In this document: positions 12,815 through 26,701 of the stretch, piece after piece
Layout: every line of letters starts with the position of its first letter
Numbering within the stretch: position 1 is the first letter of the stretch
Assembly (NCBI RefSeq): GCF_964194155.1
Contig: NC_135879.1
Coordinates: 157,294,001-157,358,000, forward strand
DNA from: Cetorhinus maximus
Lineage: Eukaryota
DNA length: 64,000 nucleotides
Direction: 5' to 3'
Notes under the pieces: generated by a model
Seen by the model: only the letters and a program-made list of their open reading frames with translations
Told to the model about the DNA's origin: nothing
Databases searched by the model: none
Program-made: the position numbers and the translations under genes

Positions 12815-13168
12815 TTGGTGAAATTTAATTTCAGTCAATTAATAGTTAGTCTCAGTCGTGGTGACCATGAAGCGACCATTATTAAAAAACTATCGTGTTC
12901 ACTAATGCCTTTTCGAGAAGGAAATATGCTGTCCTTACCCAAGATGCCCTATATGTGACACCGGACTCTCAGCAGTGTGGTTGACTCTTAACTAAATATC
13001 CCAGCAAACCACTCAGTTCTTGGAATCATAGAATGGTTACAGCACAGCTGGCTCTCCAAGAGTAATTCAAAGGAATTACTCACCTAATGCCACTCCCCTG
13101 CCTTTCCCCAAAACTCTGCAACTTTTTTCTCTTTTGATAATGATCCAGTTGTATCAAACTACTACAGT
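12815..13168 (+). mobile_element. Family-A 5' head fragment interrupted by an antisense CR1 3' tail (about 13020-13144)
   Basis: Head sequence runs to cactcagtt, then gaatcatagaatggttacagcacag (CR1 tail, minus strand), then cagttgtatcaaactactacag, the LINE-type continuation. Confidence 0.6.
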
Positions 13169-14376
13169 AAATACAAATTGGATTGAGCTTTATACAAATC
13201 TTTGAATTTTTATCCTGAAATGACAAATACCTTTTTTAGTTGCCTTAATCTATTTAAGAAGCAGTTGAAACATTCATTTTTTTTGCGTGTAGCTGAATTC
13301 AGCACTCTGTGACAAACTATATTTGAAGGACACACCAGTTGGATCTAGAGCTACAACACTAGTGCTGATTTGCTGATTCACAATTTCCTCCCTGATTCCA
13401 AAGTTTGCAAAGTACCTCAAAAAAATTAGTACGGCGATAACATGCATTTGCAGTGTTTGAGAAAATTGTCCCACATTACTTCACAGAGGAGAAAGGGAAT
13501 GGAGAACAAACCATTGGGAGAAGTTGAGATGAGTGACCAAAGGCTTGATCCAATAGCTTCCTTTTAAGGAGGCTTTAAATATGAAGAGGGGAACAGAGAG
13601 GAGAGGTTTAACAATAGAGTTAGAGTTTGCAGATTTCTCTTTCACAGTGGCCGGTTTCAGAATGAGAGGGCACATGGTTGCAAGAAGTTTCAGAGGTAGT
13701 CTCAATCAAAGACAACATCTCTAATAATACAGCAGTCCTAAAGAACTACACTGGATTGTCAGCCTTTGTTAGGAGCTTAAGTATAAAAATACACTCCTAT
13801 CTTTATCTGAAATAAATTAACGGTATACACTTTGGGTACTAAGATAAAAACAAATGACATTGGAGCTGCCTAATCTCTGCTTGCTCCTTCCATCACCCAC
13901 TGCCCCCCACCAATAAAGCAGCTCTAGAAGCAAGAAACAAAGGGTTTTTGCTAGCTGACAGATGCTAGATGGTGACGTCAGGCATTGCTGACATCATTTA
14001 TTTGCCTGCATTCTGCTGTAAGGTAATTCTGTTTCATACTGGGATAGGCAAATAGACTTCAGATTTAAATGCTTTTTAGATCATCGTACTTCATACTTGT
14101 ATTAAAATCTTTTGTTGGTGAACTTCTGAAATCTCCAGTCCTGAGTCATTGTTCATCATTTTCCCTCGTGGCTTAATGTGACATGAAGGTTAAAACTAGG
14201 CATAGGTTATGACATTTATTGATACATTAAAAGTTAAACATCAGAGCAGTACATACTAAAGTACTTAAAACAGATTCTAAATTGCTGTAAACTTATATGA
14301 GCATTCATCCGTATAAAACATAAGATGGTAGGTTGAGATATTGGTGGAATTTGTACTTGCAGCTGTCCCCTTTCTC

Positions 14377-15522
14377 TTATTTTTTTATTATTCATTCACG
14401 GGATGTGGGCTTCGCTGGCTGGGCCAGCATTTATTGCTCATCCCTGGTTGCCCTTGAGAAGGTGGTAGTGAGCTGCTTTCTTGAACCGCTAGAATCCATG
14501 TGGTGTAGGTACACCCACAGTGTTGTTAGGAAAGGAGTTCCAGGATTTTGACCCAATGGCAGTGAAGGAACGGCGATATATTTTCAAGCCAGGATGGTGA
14601 GTGACTTGGAGGGGAACTTCCAGGTGGTGATGTTTTCATCTATCCGCTGCCCTTGTCCTTCTAGATGGTAGTGGTCGTGGGTTTGGAAGGTTTTGTCAAA
14701 GGAGCCTTGGTGAATTCCTGCAGTGCATCTTGTAGGTGGTACACACTGCTGCTATTGTGTGTCGGTGGTGGAGGGAGTGAATGTTTGTGGATATGGTGCC
14801 AATCAAGTGGGCTGCTTTGTCCTGGACGGTGTCGAGCTTCTTGAGTGTTGTGGGAGCTGCACTTATCTAGGTAAGTGGGGAGTATTCCATCACAGTCCTG
14901 ACTTGTGTCTCGTAGATGATGGACAGGCTTTGGGGAGTCAGGAAGTGAGTTACTTGTCACAGGATTCCTAACCTCTGACCTGCTGTTGTAGCCACACGAT
15001 TTTTATGGCTAGTCCAGTTCAGTTTCTGGTCAATGATAACCCCCAGGATGCTGGTAGTAGGGGATTCAGTGATGGTAATGCCATTGAACATCAAGGGGCG
15101 ATGGTTAGATTCTCTCTTGTTGGAGATGGTCATTGCCTGGCACTTGTGTGGCCTGAATGTTACCTGCTGTTTGTCAGCCCAGCCTGGATATTGTCTAGGT
15201 CCTGCTGCATTTTGACATGGACTGCTTCAGTATCTGAGGAATCTCACATGGTGCTGAACATTGTGCAATCATCAACGAACATCTCCACTTCTGACCTTAT
15301 GATGGAAGGAAGGTCATTGATGAAACAGTTGAAGATGGTTGGGCCTAGGACACTACCCTGAGGAACTCCTGCAGTGATGCCCTGGAGCTGAGATGACTGA
15401 CCTCCAACAACCACAACCATCTTCCTTTGTGTTAGGTATGACTCCGACCCGTAGAGAGTTTCCCCCTTGATTCCCATTGACTCCATTTTTGCTAGAGCTC
15501 CTTGATGCCACACTTGGTCAAA
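14377..15522 (-). mobile_element. 5'-truncated LINE family A copy (RT C-terminal half and 3' tail)
   Basis: Minus ORF 15244-15513 WHQGALAK...GVPQGSVLGPTIFNCFINDLP...FVDD, colinear with about 5175-6293. Confidence 0.9.
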
Positions 15523-16569
15523 GCCAACATAATTTCCTGAATGTAAAGAGTGCTACATAAATGCAGTTTTTGTTGTTGTTCATAGTGACAACAATTATGT
15601 TGGTTCATATTTGTAATTAACACTGTTCATAATTTTCACGCTAGAATTACATCTAATTTATAGCACAGAAGCAGGCTATTCGGCCCAAAAGGTCAATGCC
15701 AGCTTTACACAAACCTTATCCTACTGTACTTCATTTCACCCCATCAACATATCCTTTTATTCTTTCCTCCGTCGATATTTTTCTAGATTCTTCTGAAATG
15801 CATGTAAATGCTGTAAAGTCCATATGACTCTCTTAATGGAATTATGTTATTATAGAGCAGAAAATTCTGAGGGGCTCTGCTTGATGGTTTGAAATTTACA
15901 TTTATGTAAGTGATAATATGTAAACTGCAACTTTGTCAGCCTGGATCAGTAAATAGCACACTCATATGTAAATCAAAAAATTCACATCACTCTTCGGGAT
16001 TCGAGCACATAAGTTAGATGACATTCCAATAACGGGATATGGCAATGCCTTTGTTATATCTTTTAAATGAGGCATTAAATTTTCCATTGGTTCTGACAGC
16101 TGTTAAGGATCCGTTGTACTGCTCGAATAAAAACTTTTAAGTTCCTTTGGTTTCATGGATAACATTCCTCAATCAATCTGATCAAAAACTGAATAACTTA
16201 TCTTCTGCTTGGTGTTAGTGGGATCTTATGGAAAATAGCTGCTGTGCTTTCCTACATAAATTGCTATTATCCATTGTATGTGACTCTCTTAGAGGCATTT
16301 CTGTGAGATAAATTGTACTTATATCCAGTTCGTCGAAGGTCCTTAATCCAATTATTGACTACACCTGTTATCTTTTTGCTCTTACTACTTGTATCTTTAC
16401 CCATCTGATGCTTGAGTCCTAGTCCCTGTACCATTGGCTGCACCTTAATCCACCTCAAATTCGTGTTTCCGGTCCCATTCTCAATCCTCATGGTCTATTA
16501 TTGCTGCTTCAAGCTGCTACCATTGTCCAGATCCTAGTGCCTCTAGTAGCCATACTTATCTTTTATAAT

Positions 16570-17640
16570 ATTGCAATGCTGGTGGCACTCCCTATTTCAG
16601 TTAAACATTTCAGCCAAGTGAGATAGTGCTGTTGACGATGAAACTGAAGAGGGAAAAGTTAGAATCAGGTGATCGGCGATGAGAAGCAATCCAGTTCTTC
16701 CTATATTAACCTGTACCTTAGGAGAGTTAACATGGCAAGAAAAATACCTCGAGAGACAAAAGTAATCCCACACTTAAAGGCACTGAAGCACCTATTACAC
16801 AGATACAAATATTACGTATGATGGTTTTGAAAAGGTTTGCACCCCTTAATAATCGATGTCTGAATGTTCCATATGACGTGTAACCATATCTGAGGAATGT
16901 TTGCACATTTTTTTTAATATGGTGCTGTAGGAGCTTTAACAAATGTTGGCTTCCTAGCTGAAAAGCCAGAATTGGCTTTGGAATCATTGGAAGTGAGAAT
17001 GGAAAGGGGCAAGGTAGAAAGGGGATTAAAGGTGATGATGATTGGGCATGGGGTGAAGCATGAGCAAAATAGTAAGTGGAGGTGGGCAAACATAATGGTA
17101 GGCAAAGCGGTGAAGGGGGAGTAGGTAGTAAGGAGAATGAGGTGGTAATTGATAGTGAAAAGATTGTGCATACAGCAAACAAATGGGAGTAAGGTATTTG
17201 AAAGGATGGATACACTTGAGGGTGGAAACCAAATGTGAGTAATACCATTGGGAAATTGACTAGTCAGGGAAAAAAAGATGGACAAATACCTCGCAAGCAT
17301 CAATATTGGTAGTGAGATGTGCAGATATTTCTCATGTATGGATGCATGCCAAAGGAATATTCAGACATCGGTATTATGGAGTGCAAACCTTTTTAAAACC
17401 ATCATGCGTAATATTTTTACCTGTGTAATAGGTACCTATTAACAAGTTTGGGATAACTTGCATCTCTATAGACGTATTTTTCTTGGCACGTTGAAACTCT
17501 CCTAAGTACAGATTAATATAGAGGGAACTGTATTGCTTTCTATCCCTGATCACCAGATATTAATTTCTGCTGCTCAGTTTCATTATCAATGGCATTTCCT
17601 CACTTGGCTGAAATGGAGAGTGTGCTACCAAAACCACAAT
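16570..17640. repeat. Long imperfect inverted repeat (arms of about 330 bp, purine-rich spacer of about 400 bp); probable old foldback/MITE element
   Basis: 16606 catttcagccaagtgag pairs with ctcacttggctgaaatg ending 17615; atgatggttttgaaaaggtttgcac pairs with gtgcaaacctttttaaaaccatcat. Arms about 16570-16908 and 17317-17640. Confidence 0.85.
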
Positions 17641-17889
17641 GATTAAGTGTTTGGAATTCCAGTGGATCATTTAGATTTAGAAACTTAAAACTATGTCCCT
17701 GACAAATCAGGGCTTTCTGGTAACTTGTATGTTTTGGAACTGGGTTTATTTCCCAAATTTTTTTAAACTTAAATAATTTAAGTGTTATAAAATAGTTTCA
17801 TATATTTATCACGTCTTAAAAATTGTTGATTTTAGAGTTATGGAATATGAGCATGTCCTGATTTTTGAGTTTGTAAATGAAAAAAAATC

Positions 17890-18219
17890 TGCAATAAATT
17901 CAATTAATTTAAAAAAACGTGAAATAAAAAGCCAGTATTGATAATGTGACCCCAAAACTACTCGGGTTGTTGCAAAAACCCATCTGGCTCACTAATGCCC
18001 TTTAAAGAAGGAAATCTGCCATCCGTGTCCGGACTGACCTATATGTGTCTTCAGACCTACAGCAATGTGGTTAACTCTTAACTGTCCTCTGAAATGGCCA
18101 AGCATGCCGCACAATGCTATTTGAGAATGTGGCTCACCACCACCTCACAAGGACGGTTAGGGATGGGCAATAAATACTCTGGCCAGCAATGCGCATATCC
18201 CATGAGTGAATAAACAAAA
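17890..18219 (+). mobile_element. Family-A-derived bipartite SINE, 5'-truncated
   Basis: aaaaacccatctggctcactaatg...agcaatgtggttaactctt joined to tail gctcaccaccacc...gggatgggcaataaat. Confidence 0.75.
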
Positions 18220-20158
18220 TTGCAGTATATTTCAATTATAATCTCAGCATCAGCAAAGAGCTTTTTATGTCCTGACTTCTGATGTGACAAAAAGGTCCTG
18301 ATCAGAACACTTACATAAATTCATTATGGTTTTGAAAAAGCACAGGACCCTGTTAAATTTATCAGAATGTGTTTCTGCAGGATTCATTTCTCCAGCTAGT
18401 TTAATGTCAGTCTCTTGAAAACTTCAACCAAAAAAGTACTTTGTATTTGACTATAATCTCTAATATCTCTTTCAATTTGCATGCAAAGGCTTATTTGCCT
18501 CCTTAACCCAGCAAAGTTTCAATGCTGCTGCTGTCAAAAAGAGATGATCAAAACATATAAGTGATTAATTTACTCTAAGCGGTAGTTTCAGGCCTTGAAA
18601 GCCATGGAGATTTACTTTACTTGGTATGAATGTGTTTAATAGTTCACAGGAGTCAGTGGCTAGCAAGGAAATCATCATAGTCCCCATGTCTGACTAAATT
18701 ACCCACATGAAGTGAATGCAAAATAACAGAATTGTTCATGTTTTGAAATGTGTCATCTCTGTTTGCATACAACAGCATGTGCAGTGTGCCTGTTTGTAAT
18801 ACTTCACCTGTTAAGATTATCTTCAGTTAACGTTCCATGAACTCCTCATTGTGCCAAAAATTACTTGATCAAAGAAAATCTGGCAGAAAAGACAGTGGAA
18901 AAACATAATCAACTATAAATTTTGTTCTCATCTCTGCTTTTTAATCACGATTTGTGATCATTTTCATTTGAGCTCTGTTTCCACCATAATCATAATATAT
19001 TCTGCTAAATTTTCAAACCAAACACTGGTAATAGCTGGGAACATTGTGCCTGAGGCAAACACATGAGAAAAGCATTGTGAATTTGGCAATCCCATTGTCT
19101 GCTAGTCTGCTGTCTCTGTCAGTAATGTTGCAAATGAAATCCAGCCAAGTTCCTTATCCCATAAATGTGCTGCTTGGCAGATGTTACCAGCAAAAAAAAA
19201 AGTTTTTAATATGTATTCATGTTCCTTCTTGGAAGCCTGTTCCTGGTGGTTCTGCAAAAATTGCCCCGGTATTTAGTTGCTGTGGCTACCGGCTGCACCA
19301 TAATAACAGAATAGTCTTGTGGAATGCTATACTATAAAGGAACCAGACTTTGCAGATGAGTTTTTTCTGAGGTAGTTAAAATAAATTAGATTCCTTCCAC
19401 AGAGCTGTTTTTTTTTTATGATGCTGCGTTAAAACGTCAAGCTGGAAGAAGTAAAATACTAATCCTTTCCAACATAAAAACTCTTGCTCATATATTTCCT
19501 TTATGTATTAAGCATTTTGCTGTAATTACAGGATTCACAAAAATGCTTTTTTCATAGTTATAGCCTTCCCTTTTATAATTCCTTTTAAAGTAGGGATGAG
19601 AGCGAGACCTGAGCTTTTCCAGCAAAATATGTCATGGCCAAAGATTTGGTGGACAAAATCATAAACAGGATTGGCGAACTAATTGTAAAATCCTTTGCAA
19701 GCAATCGGTCAAGGTGGACAAATAAATAATTTAACATCTGTAATTAGGATTAGCTGTTTCTTGAAAATGAAAAGGGTAACTTTCTTTACTTTATGATTTA
19801 ACTTGTGATTGATTTCCTCGGAGTCCATTTAAAAAAAACTACATTGTTTGACTTTTTTTGTAAACACTTTCAATCATACTTTGTAACAAACAGAATTGTG
19901 TTGCAGGTGACAGTTTTTATCTTTTGAATTGGCGGTATGTTTAAAGTGAACCCTTTTCTCACAACATTTCAAATTTGATCAGGAAAAGGAGAGAAAATAA
20001 TTTTAAAAGAAAAGAAATACCTATAAACGTTATGATTTATTTGGGTAACAATAAATAAAATCCCATGACGTTAAGGCCAAGGTCATGTATGGTTATGAAG
20101 GTAGAATTGAAAGGAACAAACTGAGCCTCGGTGAAGATTTGCTTATAAGATGAATTCA

Positions 20159-20556
20159 TTTTTAAAATTCCTTCAAGGGATGTGGGTTTGCTAACAAGGC
20201 CAGCATTTGTTGCCCATCCCTAATTGCCTTTGAGAAGATGGTGGTGAGCCACCTTCCAGACAACTGAATGGCCTAGGTCATTTCAGAGGACAGTTAAGTG
20301 TCAACCACCCTGCTGTGTGTCTGGTATCACTTGTAGACCAGACTGGGTAAGAACCCAGATTTTGTTTCCTAAAGGACATTAATTAAACTAATCCTGTAGT
20401 TATAAGATCACCATTACTGGAGCTAGCTTTTTATTCCAGATTTTTTTAACTAACTAAATATAAATTCCCCAGCAGTGGTGGCATTTGAACTCATCTCTGA
20501 ATCATTAGTCCAGACCTTTGGATTACTAGCCCAGTAACATAACGGCCATGCTACCG
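20159..20556 (-). mobile_element. Family-A-derived bipartite tRNA SINE
   Basis: Reverse complement of the family-A head plus 3' tail, junction near 20260. Confidence 0.8.
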
Positions 20557-23252
20557 TTTGCAGTTTGCTTTTATGTGACTCTGACAATGTGCACTGTTAA
20601 AAGATTGCCACTTTATTGTGAGTGTAAAATGTCCATGTTAAGATTAAGTAATTCCAGATGGTTTATTTGTTTTACCTTCTGTATTGCTTTGCTAATCTAA
20701 CCATTTTTTCTGCTGCTACAGTTTTGAGTAATTTACTAGACTGTTTTATACACATTACACTGATGGGCAAATCCTAGTCTAACAGACAACCTTAATAATA
20801 CACACTGATTTCTGCCTCTGACAGATAGTTTCGAAGCTTTATGTAAATAAATAGCTGATTGACTAACCATAGAGTTAATTACAGACAGCTGTAGGTTCAG
20901 GAGTTAGTCAGATTCAGCACCTCCTTATGTAACGGATTCTCACATACTGACAGTCACAAAGATTTTCAATTTTTGCATAAAATGTTAATTTCAGTGAGAT
21001 TTTAAAAACTTGGATATATTACGTTGGTGTGGAATACTCTGTGCTACCTCGGCTGAGATATTCTGCTGTGTTTTAAGGATTAATTGCTGTGAAAATCGTG
21101 AACAACTTCTAATATTGCAATTGTTGGTCTATTTTATTTGATGTCTTGCTCAAAGTGTTTAAAAAAACTGAACTCTTGATATTGAAATTTGTTTGCTCAC
21201 GGTTTGTCAAATTTAGACATGTTCAAAGACCTGTGACTTGATTCCATTCTAAGTTTGTAAAAGATCACAGAGTAATTCTATTACAATGGCATAAATTTTG
21301 CTACATTAAAACTAAATGTATTTGCTAACCAACAAGTGGCACAATGTTGAATGTTCACTATCGTGTTTGTTTGTCACACTGACAAACCCACCTGGTGTAG
21401 CTAGTTTGAAGTATGCTATGATAACCCACATCAGAATCTGAAATGGAAAGAAAATAATTCTCAAAATTAATATCCTCATGAGAGATGAGGTAAACTGTAG
21501 TAAAAAGACAAACTAGCTGTACTGGCTTTGGGAATGTGTATTAAAATACTAGATCTGTTACGGACTCGTGTTTGGTTTAAATATTACTGCAAGTCAAAAA
21601 TTAAAAATGTTTTCAAACCTGATCCGATAATACTGATAGTTGGGTTTAGGGATATCTGGTGTATGTTTCATTTGTATGATCCATTGACATATCTTGAGGC
21701 ACATCTTTGAGTTTTCTGAGATAGCTTGGAAGAGTTTGGGAGTATTGTCAATGAAGATTTTATTGGGATTATTCTGTAATTCAAAGGTTATTTGATCATA
21801 ATATCACTTTTCAGTTTACTCATGAAAAAGATCACTTAAACTTTTTAAAGCTTCCTTTGATAGCACATGTAGAATTCACCATTTGCTACATAAGCAAAAC
21901 CATTAACATTTAACAATTTTACTGTTAGCTGACCATTAGTATGTGTTTTACATGCACCAAGATGATATCATAGACATTGTTTACATAAATTTACCAATGA
22001 TTTCCAGGCTGTAGGCTTGAAGAGCTCTACCTAAGAGAATAGGATCCAATGGAATATCAAACTTTCTTTCATAAAACTAAGAAAAACAAGTCAATAATGA
22101 GGAAAGGTCCAATGGACAGCAACATTCATTCCCTGGGAATTGCACCTTGCCCAGCCAGAAATCCAACTTTTAAGTGTTCCCAAATGTTTGACTTAGTTTA
22201 CCTGATAGATATTCCTTTTCGTAGGTAACTTTTATTTTTAATGTCTATTTTAAATTTACTTTTTAACTAATACAAATTTATTCCCGTTGATACCATTATC
22301 TTGACTTTGAGTAATATTCTCGATTCAGCTTATCTGTACCACCTAATCATACTTGATATATCTTGATGATGCTCTTTAAGAATGTACTCTCTGGACGATA
22401 GAAGTTGAGTGGGGTGAATTTTAACTTGGACTGCCGAGCATAATTGGATAGTAGCAGCCAAAAATGGTGTGTGCAAGATGTGCGGGTGCCACCATCCACC
22501 TGTCTTGGTGGTTGGACTGTCCATTTGTTTTGGATGGTGTGTGTTTTTAATGCATAAATTGGGGTCCTAAGGCCTTCATGAAACTGTGATTGTAATTTTG
22601 ATTAATAACTCGGCAGGATGTGCTCTGACCAGTTGTATGGTGTGTGGGGAGTGGGGGGTTGCGGAAGGAAGGGAGGGTCTGGGGGAACAGTAGAAAAGGC
22701 ATCAAAAAGGTAAGTTTAACAATATTTTTGTGGGGCAAGGAGTGCCTCTCTGGACCACCCTAGAATATGAGCCACTAACACCCCAGCTCCCACTCTGCCA
22801 ATTAAAATGGACCAGGCATCCTGCACATGCTGCCTTCCTGATAGTTCAGTACTACCCCAGCTTCCTTTTTTTTCCTTACAGCTTATCCTTAAGCCTTGGC
22901 ATAATTCGTGTTGCTGTTCAGAGCAACTTTTTTGATGCATGTCTCATTTGAAGTGCAATGGCCAAAGCTGTATGTAGCACTTCGTGTGCTCTGCCAACAT
23001 CTGTGGATTTATACTTCATTTATTCTGGCTATGTACCCAACATTCTATTGGGTTTCCCCACATCATATTGACACTGCAAGCAATTAGTCCGCTTTTACGT
23101 ACAGATTTCTAAGTCTTCCTGTTTTACTTCTGTTCTCTTTGTGTAACTAGGTCGCTATTTTTTAACTTAATGTACAGTAACTTACACTTGGCAGTATTAA
23201 ATTTCATTTTGCTATTTTTCTTTCTAATTTCATAATTTATCCAAATCTTTAT

Positions 23253-23899
23253 GGGCAGAATCTTCTGTTTGGTGTGTGGGGGCAGGCCACGCATGCCGAC
23301 ATGTAAACTGACGAATGGTGATGTTGCACGTCATTCTGATCTTCCGTTTGGCGGGTGCGCACCGGAGTCGGCTGCGCGCCCGCTGAACTATCAAAGGCCT
23401 GTTAAGGCCGTTAATGAACTAATTAAAGCAATTGTCAGGGCTGCCCGTCCAACCTTAAGGTTGGAGGGCAGGTGACGAGCCCAGGCGGCCTTTGCATTTC
23501 TCGTGAAATCTCATCCACGGGCGGGATGAGGTTTCATGAAGGGTTTATTAATTGAATAAAAATTTTAATGAAAATTCATAATTATGTCCCAGCTCATGTG
23601 ACACTGTCACATGAGGGGACATGTCTGAATAATTTTATTTTTTTATTTTTTACCATTTTTGACACTGAACTTAATCTCCCTGAGGCACGGATCTGCCTCA
23701 GGCAGAGTCCTGCACTCTTTCACGCACATGCGCGAAAGAGCGCAGGCCCCGACTCTCTCTCCCTCCCCTCGCATGCACAGGTAGCGCTGAGCATTACCGG
23801 GCGCATGTCATGCTGGGCCCACCCACGTAAAATGGCAGGCGGCGATCGGCTCCACGCCTGCTCCCAACCGGCCCACCCGACGGGGAGAAAATTCTCCCC
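23253..23899 (-). mobile_element. CpG-rich PIF/Harbinger-type MITE (647 bp), opposite orientation to the copies at 38601, 47265 and 47990
   Basis: TIRs gggcagaatctt / aaaattctcccc; 3-bp TSD tat; internal ctccctgaggca...tgcctcagg palindrome. Strand is relative only. Confidence 0.85.
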
Positions 23900-26311
23900 T
23901 ATGAAAACTATTAATCTGCTGCATCAATTCGTTATTTTTTAACCTTGTCAATACATACTCAATTTAGTGATTACTGGAATTATAAGTTATGAGACAAACC
24001 ACAGATAAGCAGAAATAAAAATGGACTGCCATTATGCACACACTTCTCACCAACCTTTTTGTTCTTCTAACAATCCTGCATTTTAGGAGTGGGGCTCCTT
24101 TTCTATAGCAGCTGATCTGTGTGTGGCAGCAAAACTACAGCCCTCAATGTATTGTCTGTTTACATTTCACTGGCCTGTTTATTTAATGAAATGTTGCCTC
24201 TTGGGGAAACTTAGGTTTGAGTTATTTTCGGGGATATGTTTAAGTGGAACTTTTGTGCCTGGACTTTAGTATATAAAAAAATAAGCAAACGTGTAGATAG
24301 TTTTAATCTTTGAATAAAATGAAGTTTTTCCTGCCAGACTATCAAAAATGCTAAAATTGATGATTAAGGGAACATGGTGAAGGGGAAGTGGTGGGTAGGG
24401 ATGGGGGCAGGGTGGAGCAGGGGTTGGGTGTGGTTACAGTGCAAACACTTCAATTTTATTCAACAAATGCCAAAGAATTGACGATGAATTACATTTTTCA
24501 ATTGATGCTTGATTCCACTGACACAAAATTCCAATATTCATAAATCACAATAATTTTCAGCAATCTTTGCAGTAGTCATCTCTTTTTAATTATGTTGTTA
24601 AAAGGGGCATGCCTTGTTTTTCCATTCTCCCATAGGGCTGTATTTTGGCTTTAAAGCAAGAATTTCCTTCTATATACTAATCTGCATCGCTGCTGTTTCC
24701 CAAAATGGGCCTCTCTTGTTCTCAGGCTTACAGATGCCTTATTTAGGTTTGCTTCTGTGGTATGTGAAGCCAAAGATTAATGTTTGCTAACCAATGTCAA
24801 ATGTCTAATTCAGAACTGTTACAATATGCATTAATTTGCAAATAATAGAACCTTACATATAGTTGAATGGAATTTTATTTAGCTTTAAACAAGATTTATC
24901 TGAAGTATCTAAGCTGACCTTTGATTAGCTCTGCTTTTTAAAGGCGAATAGAACAATTGTATTACTTCATTGAATAGGTGCCACATAGTGAAATAGGTGT
25001 TCCAATACTCAAAGGGAGGAGTTTTATGGCAGAGGGATTTTACGTTCTCATCAAAGTCAATGGAGTTTAGGATGGCTCACCGCATTTTCCCTGCCGCGGT
25101 GACACTGTAAAATTCCAGCCAAAGACTTGTTGATTTTGTGAATATATAATACAATAGTAAAATGGAGCCAGGCACTGGAATTGTTTCTGCAGCCCTTTTT
25201 ACTTCCTTGTGAAGACAGCTTATGCTCCTGTTGTGATGGCTGGTTTTAGACAGACTGGGTCCTGTTCATTCCAAATATGACATGTATACACTCATGTTTT
25301 TTGGCATGTATGTCTCTACAGCTGATGAAATGGAATACTTGAAGAAAAAGATATTTGGACATTTGTGCTGCTGAGAACCACTCAATTAGCTTAGTTTTTG
25401 TTGGCAGTTCATTTGAAAAGAGAGGCTAGTTCTGTATTTTACCAAAATATACTAAATTGCTCTGAAATGAGTGTTTGATGTAGTAATATATTAGCATTAT
25501 CTTCTTTTTTATTGTTTTGGGTATGTTTTACTGCTAAGATGTGCTTGTCCAAACCATTAAAATGGCAACAAGCTAGGAACCTTTTAGTTAAATGGAGCAT
25601 GCCTTCATGTTGTTTGGTGTGATAGATTTAAATTTAATTTTTGTTGCTATGTGTGTAATTGTTAAATGTTAATTTTAATGTGCTGTTTGGATATTTGTAT
25701 AAAGTTTGTTATTTAAAAAGCATGTTTTCAATTTTTGTTGAAGGAAACATTTTGTATCACGTTGCAATTACTAGGTACTGAGTTTAACATTTGTTGGCTG
25801 TGGCAATAGGAAATCACTGAAAATATGATAACCTTCGTGAACGTGGCAGACTCCACATAATTTTTGTGTGGAAGTGACAGGGTTTGTGGATTGGTTGACA
25901 TGTCTCAGTAAAAAGAGAAAAGGAAAAACTTGCATTTATGTAGCGCTTATCACGACCACTGCATGTCTCAAAGCACTATACAGCCAATGAAGTACCTCTT
26001 GAAGTGTAATCACTGTTGTAATGTAGAAAATGTAGTAATACATCAAATGTTAATTTGAAAAGCTTTACCTGTGCACTGTTTTTCAAAATACCCTCTCTTT
26101 TCAAATAGTTTAAACAGGGAGGGTAAGGCTGCAAAGGGAATTTTATATCAGATATTGAGAGCTGAATACTGCAAAAAGCTTAGAGGCATATGGAAAGCGC
26201 AAGGGTGAGATTGAAAAGGGAATTTGGAAAGCAAAGAGAGGGTATTTAAAAAATATTATCAAGTAAAAACAAGAAAAACACAAAGATATTTTATAAATAT
26301 ATTTTTAAAAG

Positions 26312-26701
26312 ACTCTCAATTATATGGCGCCTTTCATGAGCACCCGACATCTCAAAGCACTTTGCAGCTACTAAAGTACTTCTGAAGTGCAGTCAGTGTC
26401 ATAATGCAGGAAATGCGACAGCCAATTTCTGCACAGCAAACTCCCACAAATAGCAACGTGATAATGGTCAGCTAACCTGTTTTTGTGACTTTGATTGAGG
26501 GCTAATTATTGTTCAGGACAGTGGGTAGAACTCCCCTGCTGTTCTTTGAAATAAAGCCCTGAGAATTTATATGCCCACATGAAAGGGCAGACAGGGCCTC
26601 GTTTATAATGTCTACAGCAGTCCTTCGGTGCTACACTGGAATGTCAACCTGGACACTTGTGCTCAAGTCCTGGAGTGGGACTTAAACCCACAACCTTCTG
26701 A
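26312..26701 (-). mobile_element. Deu-domain-type SINE inserted among CR1 fragments
   Basis: Reverse complement of the 455-860 element (tatatggcgcctttcat...cagacagggcctcg...ggagtgggacttaaacccacaaccttctg). Confidence 0.75.

Noticed and set aside
16727-17303. Overlapping minus-strand ORFs of 173, 129 and 68 aa
   Set aside because: They result from the strand-skewed spacer of the inverted repeat. Low complexity and no domain.
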